Shown: piece by piece, positions 19,914-28,770 of the stretch | How the letters are laid out: each line of letters starts with the position of its first letter | How positions within the stretch are numbered: position 1 is the first letter of the stretch | Assembly (NCBI GenBank): GCA_043811915.1 | Contig: JBDRMS010000006.1 | Location: forward strand, 86,870-150,869 | DNA from: a bacterium | GTDB taxonomy: Bacteria > Patescibacteriota > Andersenbacteria > UBA10190 | DNA: 64,000 nt | Direction: 5' to 3' | Position numbers and translations under genes: made by a program | The notes under the pieces: model-generated | Told to the model about the DNA's origin: nothing | Database searches by the model: none | Seen by the model: only the letters and a program-made list of their open reading frames with translations

Positions 19914-21221
19914 ATGCCAAAAATAGAAAAAATATCTGCCTTGGAAGTGCTGGACTCTCGTGGTAATCCGACAGTGCTGGCAAAAGTAGAGGGTGGGGGC
20001 GTGAGGGGGCAGGCTATTGTGCCGTCTGGTATGTCCACTGGGCGTCATGAGGCGTATGAACTACGTGATAATGACGAGGAGCGGTATGACGGCAAAGGAG
20101 TGCTTAGGGCGGTAAAGAATGTGGAGGGCGAAATTCACGCAGCTTTATTGGGAATGGACACGGCCAACCAGAGTAAAATTGACCGCATCCTGTTGGAGTT
20201 GGACGGCACGGCAAACAAGTCGCGTCTGGGGGCTAATGCAATATTGGCAGTTTCGCTGGCTTGTGCGCGGGCAGAGGCGGCCAGTCAAGGTTTGCCGCTA
20301 TACCTATATTTACAGCAGTTATTTGCGCATCGTGCCCCGATTTTGCCAGTGCCGCAGATGAATTTAATTAACGGCGGTCGGCATGCCAGTAATGCTTTGT
20401 CGATTCAGGAATATCAGGTGTTGCCGGTGGGCTCGATTAACTTTGCAGAAGCTTTAAGGATGGGTGTGGAAATTTATTTTGCTTTACGGGAACTATTGCT
20501 CAAAGAAGGATTTCAGGTGGAAATTGCCGATGAGGGTGGCTTTGCGCCGAAGTTGGAGACGAGCGAGATGGTGTTTACTTTTCTGGTGCGGGCGATTGAG
20601 AAGGCAGGCTATGTACCGGGAGTGGACGCTTTTTTGGGTATTGATGCGGCGGCAACGGAGTTTTATGACGCGGAGACAAACCAATATCAGCTGGATGGGG
20701 ATATGTTGTCATCGGTGGACTTGGCTTATCAGTACAAGACATGGCGGGAGAGATATCCGTTAGTGTCTTTCGAGGATCCCTTTGCCGAAGATGACTGGGA
20801 TACGTGGCAGCAATTTATGAAGGATAACGGGCGGGTGGTGCAAGTGGTGGGAGATGATTTGTACGCCACCAACGCTACGCGTATTAGAGAAGGTATTGTG
20901 CGAGAGGCGAGCAACGCCGTGTTGATTAAGCCTAATCAGGTAGGTACCCTAACGGAAACGTTGCAGGCTATATTGTTGGCACAGGAGGCCAAACAAAATG
21001 TGGTGATTTCGCATCGGAGCGGAGAGACAGAGGATACATTTATTGCTGATTTAGCGGTGGCGGTGGCAGCCGGACAGATAAAGACAGGAGCGCCGACAAG
21101 AACTGATCGTACAGCAAAATATAATCGGTTGCTTGCGATAGAGTCGGCCGTGGGGGGGAAACTGTCGTGTAGCCTGCAGCCATATCTGGAAAGTTATCGA
21201 CCAGCTTACAGCAGAGCATAG
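19914..21221 (+). CDS. eno: Enolase
   Basis: DSRGNPTV, NGG.HA, DEGGFAP, VGDDL, SHRSGETED, KYNRL. Confidence 0.98.
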   Translation: MPKIEKISALEVLDSRGNPTVLAKVEGGGVRGQAIVPSGMSTGRHEAYELRDNDEERYDGKGVLRAVKNVEGEIHAALLGMDTANQSKIDRILLELDGTANKSRLGANAILAVSLACARAEAASQGLPLYLYLQQLFAHRAPILPVPQMNLINGGRHASNALSIQEYQVLPVGSINFAEALRMGVEIYFALRELLLKEGFQVEIADEGGFAPKLETSEMVFTFLVRAIEKAGYVPGVDAFLGIDAAATEFYDAETNQYQLDGDMLSSVDLAYQYKTWRERYPLVSFEDPFAEDDWDTWQQFMKDNGRVVQVVGDDLYATNATRIREGIVREASNAVLIKPNQVGTLTETLQAILLAQEAKQNVVISHRSGETEDTFIADLAVAVAAGQIKTGAPTRTDRTAKYNRLLAIESAVGGKLSCSLQPYLESYRPAYSRA

Positions 21222-21240
21222 TGTGGTATACTGTGAGAAT

Positions 21241-21681
21241 ATGGCTGGTAATAAGACAGAAGAAACACATGTGGTTTGGGAGCGCCGCCAGGCGGAGTTG
21301 TGGGATCGTATTTTTCAGGTTACTCAAGATGTGATCACGGTGGCGGAGACATTGAGCGATACGGTGGGCTATGCGGTAGTGCGGCAGGAGTTGGTGAGAG
21401 CGGCTACGGCGGTAGGAGTAGAGTTGGTACGGGCTAACGCGGCGGACAGTGCCGGCGAGTTCGAGCGGCACGTAAAAGAAGCGCGGATTAGGGCTATTGA
21501 GTCGGATTACTGGTTGCGGTTAGTGTATGTGCTACAACAACAAGAAGATGTGCAACGGGATTTATCCAGTGTTATTTCGCAATACACGGCAATCATAACT
21601 CTGCTGCAGCGTTTTCTAACTCATACTCAAGGGGAGCCGGATGTGCTTTTCCGACATACTAAAGGGCCGAGAATAAATTGA
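21241..21681 (+). CDS. Four-helix-bundle protein (23S rRNA IVP/Avd-like fold)
   Basis: ELVRAATAVG...A..A.S..EF......A.....ES.YWL pattern. Confidence 0.75.
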   Translation: MAGNKTEETHVVWERRQAELWDRIFQVTQDVITVAETLSDTVGYAVVRQELVRAATAVGVELVRANAADSAGEFERHVKEARIRAIESDYWLRLVYVLQQQEDVQRDLSSVISQYTAIITLLQRFLTHTQGEPDVLFRHTKGPRIN

Positions 21682-21682
21682 T

Positions 21683-23377
21683 ATGCAGGATATGGAGAGG
21701 GTGTGGCTGGTTAGCGCCGGTGGCGGTGGGATTATTAATGAGGCTGGAGAGTTGCGTGAAGTTTTATTAGCGCAGCGGGGAGTGGCAAGTAGTGAGCGGG
21801 AAGCCTTTTTTGAGCCGCGTTACAATCGAGATATTCATGATCCATATTTAATGTTTGATATGGAGGTGGCAGTCGGCAGAATAAGAAGAGCGGTAGAAAA
21901 AAAGGAATGCATAGTTATCTATGGTGATTACGATGCTGATGGCATATCCAGCATGGCGGTGTTAATAGATGTGCTAAAGATGTTGGGGGCAAATGTTAGT
22001 CCATATTTACCACATCGACTGAATGACGGTTACGGATTAAGAATGTCTGTTTTGAGAAAGTTGGCGGTGGATGCGGATTTGTTAATAACGGTGGACTGCG
22101 GGGTGAGTGATTATGAAGAAGTGGCTTGGCTTATGGCACAGGGAATTGATGTGATTGTAACAGACCATCATAATTTACCGGCGGAGTTACCCCAGGCATT
22201 GGCGATTCTGCATCCCCGGCATCCTAGAGGCAGGTACCCGTTTGGTTATTTATGTGGGGCGGGGGTGGCCTGGAAGTTAGCGCAGGCATTACTTGAAGAC
22301 AGGGAGATGGAAAAGTGGCTGCTTGATTTGGTGTGCTTAGGAACGGTGGCGGACATGGTGCCAATGATGGGCGAGAACAAGGCTATCGTGTCGTTTGGAT
22401 TGCGCGTTTTGAGGCGAAGCAACAGACCGGGGCTTAGAAAATTAGTACAGACTGCCAGACGGGGCAGTGATGTGTTGGATGCGGATACCGTCGGTTATCG
22501 TGTAGTGCCGTTGATGAATGCACCGGGGCGGTTGGAGCATGGTCAACCAGTATTGGACCTTTTATTAACACAGGAGGAACGCAGAGCTGATGAGCTGGTG
22601 GCAGAATTGGTACGTTATAATCGTTCCCGGTCGACGTTGAGTCGACAAGTGGAACGTGAAGTGACAGAGCAGATCGGTAAATTGGATGGGCCAATTCTGT
22701 TTGCTAGTGGCAGTCAGTGGGCTGCAGGAGTGGTAGGTCTGGTGGCGGGGCGTCTTTGTGAGAGGTTTGCCCGGCCGGCTATTGTAGTAGGTGGTGGTAA
22801 TGGACATGCGGTGGGTTCGGCCAGGGCACCGGCAGGCTTGAATGTTTTCAAGTTAATTGCCGATCAGGAAGAGCATCTGCTCAACTACGGCGGTCATCCT
22901 TCGGCGGCCGGGTTTTCTCTGGAATATGACAAGGTGGATAAATTTAGCAGGGCGCTGGCTGAAAAGGCGGGCCAAATAAAAAATGAGATAAATTATCGGG
23001 AAGAACAGGCCGACGCGATAGTGGAACATAATTTACTTAACTGGGATACGGCGGAAATGCTGGAGCAGTTTTCTCCGTATGGAGAAGGAAATAAAAGACC
23101 TAAATTAGTAGGGCGGCAATTGGAGTTGGCTGATTGGCGGCTGGTGGGAAAAACAAAAGAACATGTCAAGTTTGTTTTTCGTAATGGTGATGAGCCGCTG
23201 GATGGTATTGGATTTGGCTTGGCGGATGATGAATTATTAAAGACGGTGAAGAGCGGTGAATCAGTTGATGTTCTGTTTTATCTGGATATTAATGAATTTA
23301 AAGGGCGGCGAGGTCTACAATTGCAGATTAGAGATATTGCACCGGCAGGAAGAGTGAAGATAGTCGTTAGTCATTAG
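21683..23377 (+). CDS. recJ: ssDNA exonuclease RecJ
   Basis: GDYDADG, TVDCG, TDHH, GTVAD, GGH..AAG. Confidence 0.97.
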   Translation: MQDMERVWLVSAGGGGIINEAGELREVLLAQRGVASSEREAFFEPRYNRDIHDPYLMFDMEVAVGRIRRAVEKKECIVIYGDYDADGISSMAVLIDVLKMLGANVSPYLPHRLNDGYGLRMSVLRKLAVDADLLITVDCGVSDYEEVAWLMAQGIDVIVTDHHNLPAELPQALAILHPRHPRGRYPFGYLCGAGVAWKLAQALLEDREMEKWLLDLVCLGTVADMVPMMGENKAIVSFGLRVLRRSNRPGLRKLVQTARRGSDVLDADTVGYRVVPLMNAPGRLEHGQPVLDLLLTQEERRADELVAELVRYNRSRSTLSRQVEREVTEQIGKLDGPILFASGSQWAAGVVGLVAGRLCERFARPAIVVGGGNGHAVGSARAPAGLNVFKLIADQEEHLLNYGGHPSAAGFSLEYDKVDKFSRALAEKAGQIKNEINYREEQADAIVEHNLLNWDTAEMLEQFSPYGEGNKRPKLVGRQLELADWRLVGKTKEHVKFVFRNGDEPLDGIGFGLADDELLKTVKSGESVDVLFYLDINEFKGRRGLQLQIRDIAPAGRVKIVVSH

Positions 23378-23381
23378 GCAT

Positions 23382-23783
23382 ATGAAGAAAGCAACGTTGC
23401 ACAGCGACGGCGGAGCGAGAGGAAACCCAGGGCCGGCGGGTATCGGGTATGTACTTAGAGTAGAGGATAGCGAGGCGGTTTTTCATGGGGAGTATATTGG
23501 CGAGACGACAAATAATCAGGCCGAGTACACAGCTTTGATTATGGGGTTGAAGCGGGCATGGGCAGATGGCATTAGTAATCTAAAATGCTTTTTAGACAGC
23601 GAGTTAGTAGTGAAGCAATTGCAAGGTAGTTACAAGGTCAAGAATGAGGGGCTGAAGCCATTATTTGTTCAGGTGCAGGAATTGGCCGGTAAGTTTGCTG
23701 AAATATCTTATAGCCATGTGTCGAGAGATAAAAACAAAGAGGCGGATAAGCTTGTTAATGGGGCGATTGACAAACATACATAA
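23382..23783 (+). CDS. rnhA: Ribonuclease HI family protein
   Basis: DGGARGNPGPAG, TNNQAEY, DSELVV.Q, N..AD.L.N. Confidence 0.93.
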   Translation: MKKATLHSDGGARGNPGPAGIGYVLRVEDSEAVFHGEYIGETTNNQAEYTALIMGLKRAWADGISNLKCFLDSELVVKQLQGSYKVKNEGLKPLFVQVQELAGKFAEISYSHVSRDKNKEADKLVNGAIDKHT

Positions 23784-23817
23784 ATAAACCCCGCCCCTAA
23801 AGGAGCGAGGTTTGTTT
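23782..23817. terminator. Hairpin between convergent rnhA and rnpB (probable terminator)
   Basis: Minus strand AAACCTCGCTCCT-TT-AGGGGCGGGGTTT. Confidence 0.6.
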
Positions 23818-24180
23818 AAGCAGACGGGATATAAGCCGGATTCTGTCGAGAATGGTCATCTATCTGGGATGTACTTCGCAGCACACCTCTTGCCTCCTAC
23901 CGTGCCTGCTAGTATGGCAGACATACTTGGAGTTGCACCAGGTGGGGTTTGCCCCTCCACTCTGTTACCAAAGCGGAGCGTGAGCTCTTACCTCACGATT
24001 TCACCCTTACCCCGCCAAGGCGGGGCGGTATGTTTCTGTTGCACTTTCCCTACCCCACTTCGCCCTTTGGGCTTTGCGGGGCGGCAGCCGTTAACTGCCA
24101 CCATGCTCAAGTTATGAAATAACCTGGGTGTCCGGACTTTCCTCCCCGCCAAGGCGGGGCGACCATTCACCCATCTGCTT
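23818..24180 (-). ncRNA. rnpB: RNase P RNA (type A-like)
   Basis: GAGGAAAGTCCGG near 5' end, AGTGCAACAGAAA, GGTGAAA, ACAGAATCCGGCTTA near 3' end; P1 AAGCAGATGGG/CCCGTCTGCTT. Confidence 0.97.
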
Positions 24181-24185
24181 GAATT

Positions 24186-24213
24186 ATTATACTGCCAGAT
24201 CCTGATTTGTCAA
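24186..24213 (-). promoter_or_regulatory. Consensus sigma70 promoter of rnpB, TTGACA-N16-TATAAT
   Basis: Exact hexamers, -10 ending 5 nt before P1. Confidence 0.85.
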
Positions 24214-24255
24214 ATCGGCTTGACAAAGATAGCCTTAGAGAACAGGTTTGCTGAT

Positions 24256-25677
24256 ATGAAAAGATCAGAATTATTTTTTGATGCGGTTTTGGTGCCGATT
24301 GATTTTGTGGCGCTGATGGCTGCCGGCATAGTGGCTTATCATCTGCGTACCAGCCAGATAGTTCAGAGTGTACGGCCGGCAGTCTTCGTACTGGACTTGC
24401 CGTTGCTGGAGTATTTGCAGCTGGCGACGATTGTGGCTGCGGCTATTGTGGTTATCTTTGCCCTGCAGGGTTTGTATTCCATGCAGGCGACAAGAAAGCT
24501 GCGGGAGGAGCTAGCAAGAATCTTCGCTGGCATTTCCATGGGGATGATGGGCGTGATTGTATATATCTTCTTGAGTGCGGAGCTGTTTCAGTCGCGTTTT
24601 ATTTTACTGGCGGCATATGTGCTGGGACTGGTCTTTGTATCGCTGGGGCGCTGGCTGGTACGAAAGCTGCAGCAAATAATGCTGCAGCGCGGTTATGGGG
24701 TATACCAGGTGGTGTTAATTGGCAATGGCCGTTTTGGTAAACAATTGGCAGACGTTTTTGCAGATAGGACTGATTTAGGGTATCGCGTGGTGGGAATGCC
24801 GGCTATTGTACGGTGGGATGTGCTAGAAGATATTTGGCAGAAGCATGGTATTGACGAGGTAATTCAAACTGATCCCACCTTGCCGGAAGAGGACAACCTG
24901 GTACTGCTTGATTTTTGTGACAAGTATAAGATCGGATACAAATATGTGCCGAATTTGTTTGAAACATATGCGGCGCGGGTACGGTTTCAGGAAATAGGGG
25001 GAGTACCATTGATGGAACTGATGTGGACGCAGCTGGATGGATGGGGCAGAGTAACCAAGCGGATAATGGATATAGTTGGTGCCGTTTTTGGATTGGTTGT
25101 GTTGTCGCCGTTATTTGCTGTAACGGCAGCGGCCATAAAGATAAATTCGCCGGGGCCGGTGTTTTATCGGCAGATGCGGGTGGGGCGGCGGTGCAAGCAT
25201 TTTGAAATATACAAGTTTCGTAGTATGCGCACAGAGTTTTCAGTGGGCGAGCGGTATGGAGGAAAGAAGGCAAAAAGGTTTGAACAGAAACTTCGCGCTA
25301 ATGTGAATGAAAGATTGGGACCTTTATTTAAGATGAAGAGAGACCCGCGGGTGACCGGAGTAGGAAGAATCTTACGGCGGATGCGCATTGATGAGTTGCC
25401 GCAGCTTATTAATGTATTGAAAAGTGAAATGAGCCTATTGGGGCCGCGGCCACACTTGCCACAGGAGGTAGAAAAGTACAGTAAGCACCACAGCAAGTTG
25501 TTTACTATTAAGCCAGGGATGTCGGGGATGGCTCAAGTGCAGGGCAACGCCGGACTTTCCTTTGAACAGGAGGCCAGGCTGGACATTGGCTACATTGAGG
25601 ACTGGTCGCTGTGGCTGGACATTATTTTGCTGTTGAAAACTTTTAAAATTTTATTTACGGACAGAAACGCGGTATAG
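24256..25677 (+). CDS. Polyprenyl-phosphate sugar phosphotransferase (WcaJ/WbaP-like priming enzyme)
   Basis: N-terminal TMs, KR.MD, KFRSM, DPRVT, DELPQL.NV, GPRP, KPG.SG.AQV. Confidence 0.95.
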   Translation: MKRSELFFDAVLVPIDFVALMAAGIVAYHLRTSQIVQSVRPAVFVLDLPLLEYLQLATIVAAAIVVIFALQGLYSMQATRKLREELARIFAGISMGMMGVIVYIFLSAELFQSRFILLAAYVLGLVFVSLGRWLVRKLQQIMLQRGYGVYQVVLIGNGRFGKQLADVFADRTDLGYRVVGMPAIVRWDVLEDIWQKHGIDEVIQTDPTLPEEDNLVLLDFCDKYKIGYKYVPNLFETYAARVRFQEIGGVPLMELMWTQLDGWGRVTKRIMDIVGAVFGLVVLSPLFAVTAAAIKINSPGPVFYRQMRVGRRCKHFEIYKFRSMRTEFSVGERYGGKKAKRFEQKLRANVNERLGPLFKMKRDPRVTGVGRILRRMRIDELPQLINVLKSEMSLLGPRPHLPQEVEKYSKHHSKLFTIKPGMSGMAQVQGNAGLSFEQEARLDIGYIEDWSLWLDIILLLKTFKILFTDRNAV

Positions 25678-25716
25678 GGGTATACTGCTGCTACAGGAAA
25701 GGGGGAATAATATAAC

Positions 25717-26814
25717 GTGCGAGTAGCTTTGGTCCATGATTATTTGACGCATTTTGGAGGGGCGGAGCGCGTGCTCGAAGCATTAATGGAGCTGTTTCCT
25801 CAAGCGCCGGTGTTTACTCTGGTCTATGACGAAGATGTAGCGGAGCGAATAGGGCGGGAGAGACTTAGGCCGTCGTTTTTGCAGCGGTTGCCGGGAGCGC
25901 GGCGGGCTCACCGTTATTTTCCTTTGGCTTTGATGCCGCTGGCGGTGGAGCAGTTTAATTTGAATGATTTTGATGTGGTGCTGTCAAGTTGCCATAGTTT
26001 TAGCAAGGGTGTAGTGACGGGCCCCAGGACGTTGCATATTAGTTATTGTTTTACGCCAACTCGCTATGCCTGGGATGACAGCCATCGGTACGTGAGAGAA
26101 TTTTCCCGCAGCCGGGTGTTCCAGAGGTTAGCGCCACTAGCTTTGTCATATATTCGTTTGTGGGATTTTGTGGCGGCGCAGCGGGTTGATGAATATATAA
26201 CGTTGTCAAGTTTTGTGGCGGAGCGCATAGCTAAATATTATCGGCGGGAAGCACAGGTAATTTTCCCGCCGGTGAATGTAGATTCATTCCAGGTATCGCA
26301 GGACGATGACGGATATTACTTGATAGTATCCCGCCTGGTGCCTTACAAAAGAATTGAGGTGGCTATTGAGGCTTGTGAACGTCTACAGCGGCCGCTTAAA
26401 ATTGCGGGGACGGGTCCAGAGGAGACATTACTGAAAGAACGTTCCGGTCGCTGGACCAGCTGGCTGGGTTTTGTACCGGATGACGATTTACCTTTGTTGT
26501 ATAGAGGAGCGAAAGCGCTGTTATTCCCGCAGGAGGAGGATTTTGGCATCACTCCTCTGGAGGCGGCGGCCAGCGGTAAACCGACGGTGGCGTATCGGGG
26601 CGGGGGGGCGCTGGAGACGATTGTGGAAGGAGAGACGGGAATGTTTTTTGATGAGCAGACGAGTGATAGTCTGGTGGCGGCGCTTGAGAATTTTGAAGAA
26701 CGAACCTGGGATGCAGGGCGTATTCGCAGACAGGCAGAGCGTTTTCGTCGGGAGGAGTTCTTGCGTCAAATGGGTGAGGCAGTGCACAATCATTGGATGG
26801 CCTTTAAGCAATGA
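25717..26814 (+). CDS. GT4 glycosyltransferase (WbaZ-like)
   Basis: HDYL...GGAER, EEDFGITPLEA. Confidence 0.93.
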   Translation: MRVALVHDYLTHFGGAERVLEALMELFPQAPVFTLVYDEDVAERIGRERLRPSFLQRLPGARRAHRYFPLALMPLAVEQFNLNDFDVVLSSCHSFSKGVVTGPRTLHISYCFTPTRYAWDDSHRYVREFSRSRVFQRLAPLALSYIRLWDFVAAQRVDEYITLSSFVAERIAKYYRREAQVIFPPVNVDSFQVSQDDDGYYLIVSRLVPYKRIEVAIEACERLQRPLKIAGTGPEETLLKERSGRWTSWLGFVPDDDLPLLYRGAKALLFPQEEDFGITPLEAAASGKPTVAYRGGGALETIVEGETGMFFDEQTSDSLVAALENFEERTWDAGRIRRQAERFRREEFLRQMGEAVHNHWMAFKQ

Positions 26815-27431
26815 CAGACACTTTTTATCATTACTGGCAAGTGGTGCAGAGAAAATTGCCGGCTATTTTGTTGATTAGTGTGGCGGCGGCGGTTGTTGCC
26901 TGGTTGGTTGTATTGCGGCTGGGGCCAACGTATGCCGTGCACTATTCTTACCTGGTTTCATTGAGTGAGCGTGAGGAGGTAGAGGACTTTAGTTTTGATG
27001 GTTACTACGCGCTATCAGCTACGGACTTGTTTGCGGCTACCCTGGCCAGTTGGGTTAGTGCGCCAGAGGTGGTGGTGGCGGCGTATGAAGAGGCAGGCTT
27101 AACACTACCTTCGCATGATCCGCGTGATGTTGTGCAAGCAGTGGCGGCGGAGAAGAAATCGCCCCAGCTGGTAGCGGTGACGGTGCGCCACAAAAATCAG
27201 GAGGATGCAGAGCATCTGGCGCGAGGATTGCAGTCGGTGATGGAAGAGAATGTGAAGCGATATAACGACCAGGGTATACCGGCCCTGACCTTTCGAGTGG
27301 TGGCCACGGAGCCATGGACCAGCGTGAGGCAAATTGAAGTGGCGGTAGTGGTGATAGCGACATCCCTTTTTGTTTTTCTGGCGGCGATTAATGTGGTATT
27401 GCTAATTGAGAGTATTAGGCGACTGACATGA
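26811..27431 (+). CDS. Wzz/CpsC-like two-TM membrane protein
   Basis: N- and C-terminal TM helices, polysaccharide-locus context. Confidence 0.5.
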   Translation: MTDTFYHYWQVVQRKLPAILLISVAAAVVAWLVVLRLGPTYAVHYSYLVSLSEREEVEDFSFDGYYALSATDLFAATLASWVSAPEVVVAAYEEAGLTLPSHDPRDVVQAVAAEKKSPQLVAVTVRHKNQEDAEHLARGLQSVMEENVKRYNDQGIPALTFRVVATEPWTSVRQIEVAVVVIATSLFVFLAAINVVLLIESIRRLT

Positions 27432-28537
27432 ACATTGCCATTGATGTGCGATCTCTAATGGAGGATCGGCATAGTGGTGTGCAGGAATATACTGTTCAGA
27501 TAATAAGAGCCTTGGTACGAGTGGCGCCGCGGCACACCTATCATCTGTTTTACAACTCGGCGCGCACGGTCGCGCTGCCGGACTTTGGATCCAGGTGCGT
27601 GGTGCATAAATTTAGGTATCCTAATAAAATCTTTAATGCGGCGCAGTTTGTTTTTGGTCTGCCACGTTGGGACAAGCTGGTGCCAGCCGATTGCTATTTT
27701 GTGCCCAATGTGCGGTTGATGCCCCTTGGCCCGATGGCGCCGCTAGTTGTAGTGGCGCACGATCTTTCTTATGAGAGATTTCCCGAGCTATATTCCTGGC
27801 AGCGGCGAGTGTGGCATCGCTTGGTACAAGCTCGCTTTCTACTGCAAAACGCTGATCAGGTGGTGGCGGTATCGGAAGCAACGGCGGAGGATGTGCGATT
27901 GCTGTATAGAGTGCCAGAGAATCAAGTATCGGTGATATATTCCGGCGTGCCGGAAGCCGGTGAAGTATCTAGTAAAACACGAGCGGCGGTCAAGGCCAGG
28001 TATAATTTACCGGAACGGTTTGTGTTGTACTTAGGTACACTGGAGCCGCGCAAGAATGTTGTTAGTATTGTGCGGGCATTTGATAATATTGCGGATAGCA
28101 TACCGCACGGTTTAGTCATAGCCGGTTCTCCAGGTTGGCTGATGAAGGAATTTGATAAAGTACTGATTGGAACAGGACACCGCTCACGCATTCAGGTGAC
28201 GGGTTTTATTCGGGAACAAGACAAAATGGCTTTGTACGAAATGGCGGACTTGTTCGTGTACCCCAGTTTGTACGAAGGATTTGGCTTTCCGCCGCTGGAG
28301 GCTTTACTTAATGGCACACCGGTTATTACTTCGTTAAACTCGGCGTTGCCGGAGGTGGTGGGGGAATGGGCGATTCTGATAGATCCGTATGATACGGGGG
28401 AGTTGGCTCTTGTTATGAAGGAACTGCTTCAGGATTTGCCGGTGGTGTCGGAGGAAGATAGAAGGGCGATTAGAGAAAAATACTCGTGGGACGAGGCAGC
28501 GCGCCAGACGCTGAAGATTATTGAAAGCGTGGCATAA
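27428..28537 (+). CDS. GT4 glycosyltransferase
   Basis: GTLEPRKN, YPSLYEGFGFPPLEA. Confidence 0.95.
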   Translation: MNIAIDVRSLMEDRHSGVQEYTVQIIRALVRVAPRHTYHLFYNSARTVALPDFGSRCVVHKFRYPNKIFNAAQFVFGLPRWDKLVPADCYFVPNVRLMPLGPMAPLVVVAHDLSYERFPELYSWQRRVWHRLVQARFLLQNADQVVAVSEATAEDVRLLYRVPENQVSVIYSGVPEAGEVSSKTRAAVKARYNLPERFVLYLGTLEPRKNVVSIVRAFDNIADSIPHGLVIAGSPGWLMKEFDKVLIGTGHRSRIQVTGFIREQDKMALYEMADLFVYPSLYEGFGFPPLEALLNGTPVITSLNSALPEVVGEWAILIDPYDTGELALVMKELLQDLPVVSEEDRRAIREKYSWDEAARQTLKIIESVA

Positions 28538-28549
28538 AAATTGTCTGAT

Positions 28550-28578
28550 AAAAAAGCGTGTCAGGGGAGATGACACGC
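28550..28578 (-). terminator. Intrinsic terminator, 8-bp stem, loop UCUCCCC
   Basis: Minus strand GCGTGTCA-TCTCCCC-TGACACGC-T6. Confidence 0.7.
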
Positions 28579-28735
28579 ATTAGAGCCTCGGCTCGCACAA
28601 ACGAGATCTGCCGTCGACGGCACCTGGTGGCAGCGGGCTTCAGACGGTCCCTGATTGTAAAATGACCATATGCCAGTTGATTGCTTTTCCGCGATGATAA
28701 TGGTGCCGTTGGGTTGATGGAGTTTATTCGGAGTG

Positions 28736-28759
28736 AAAAAAGCCCCGCGGAGGCAGGGC
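28736..28759 (-). terminator. Intrinsic terminator of the IMPase-like gene, loop CUCC
   Basis: Minus strand GCCCTGC-CTCC-GCGGGGC-T6. Confidence 0.75.
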
Positions 28760-28770
28760 GGAAAAATAGA

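Noticed and set aside
21241-21681. Diversity-generating retroelement suggested by the Avd-like fold
   Set aside because: No reverse transcriptase and no TR/VR pair seen in the window.
23812-24170. ORFs 23812-24117 (+) and 23988-24170 (-)
   Set aside because: Both coincide with the RNase P RNA gene.
28560-28735. Minus-strand open frame of about 55 codons (KLHQPNG...CHLP)
   Set aside because: No start codon or SD after the upstream terminator.
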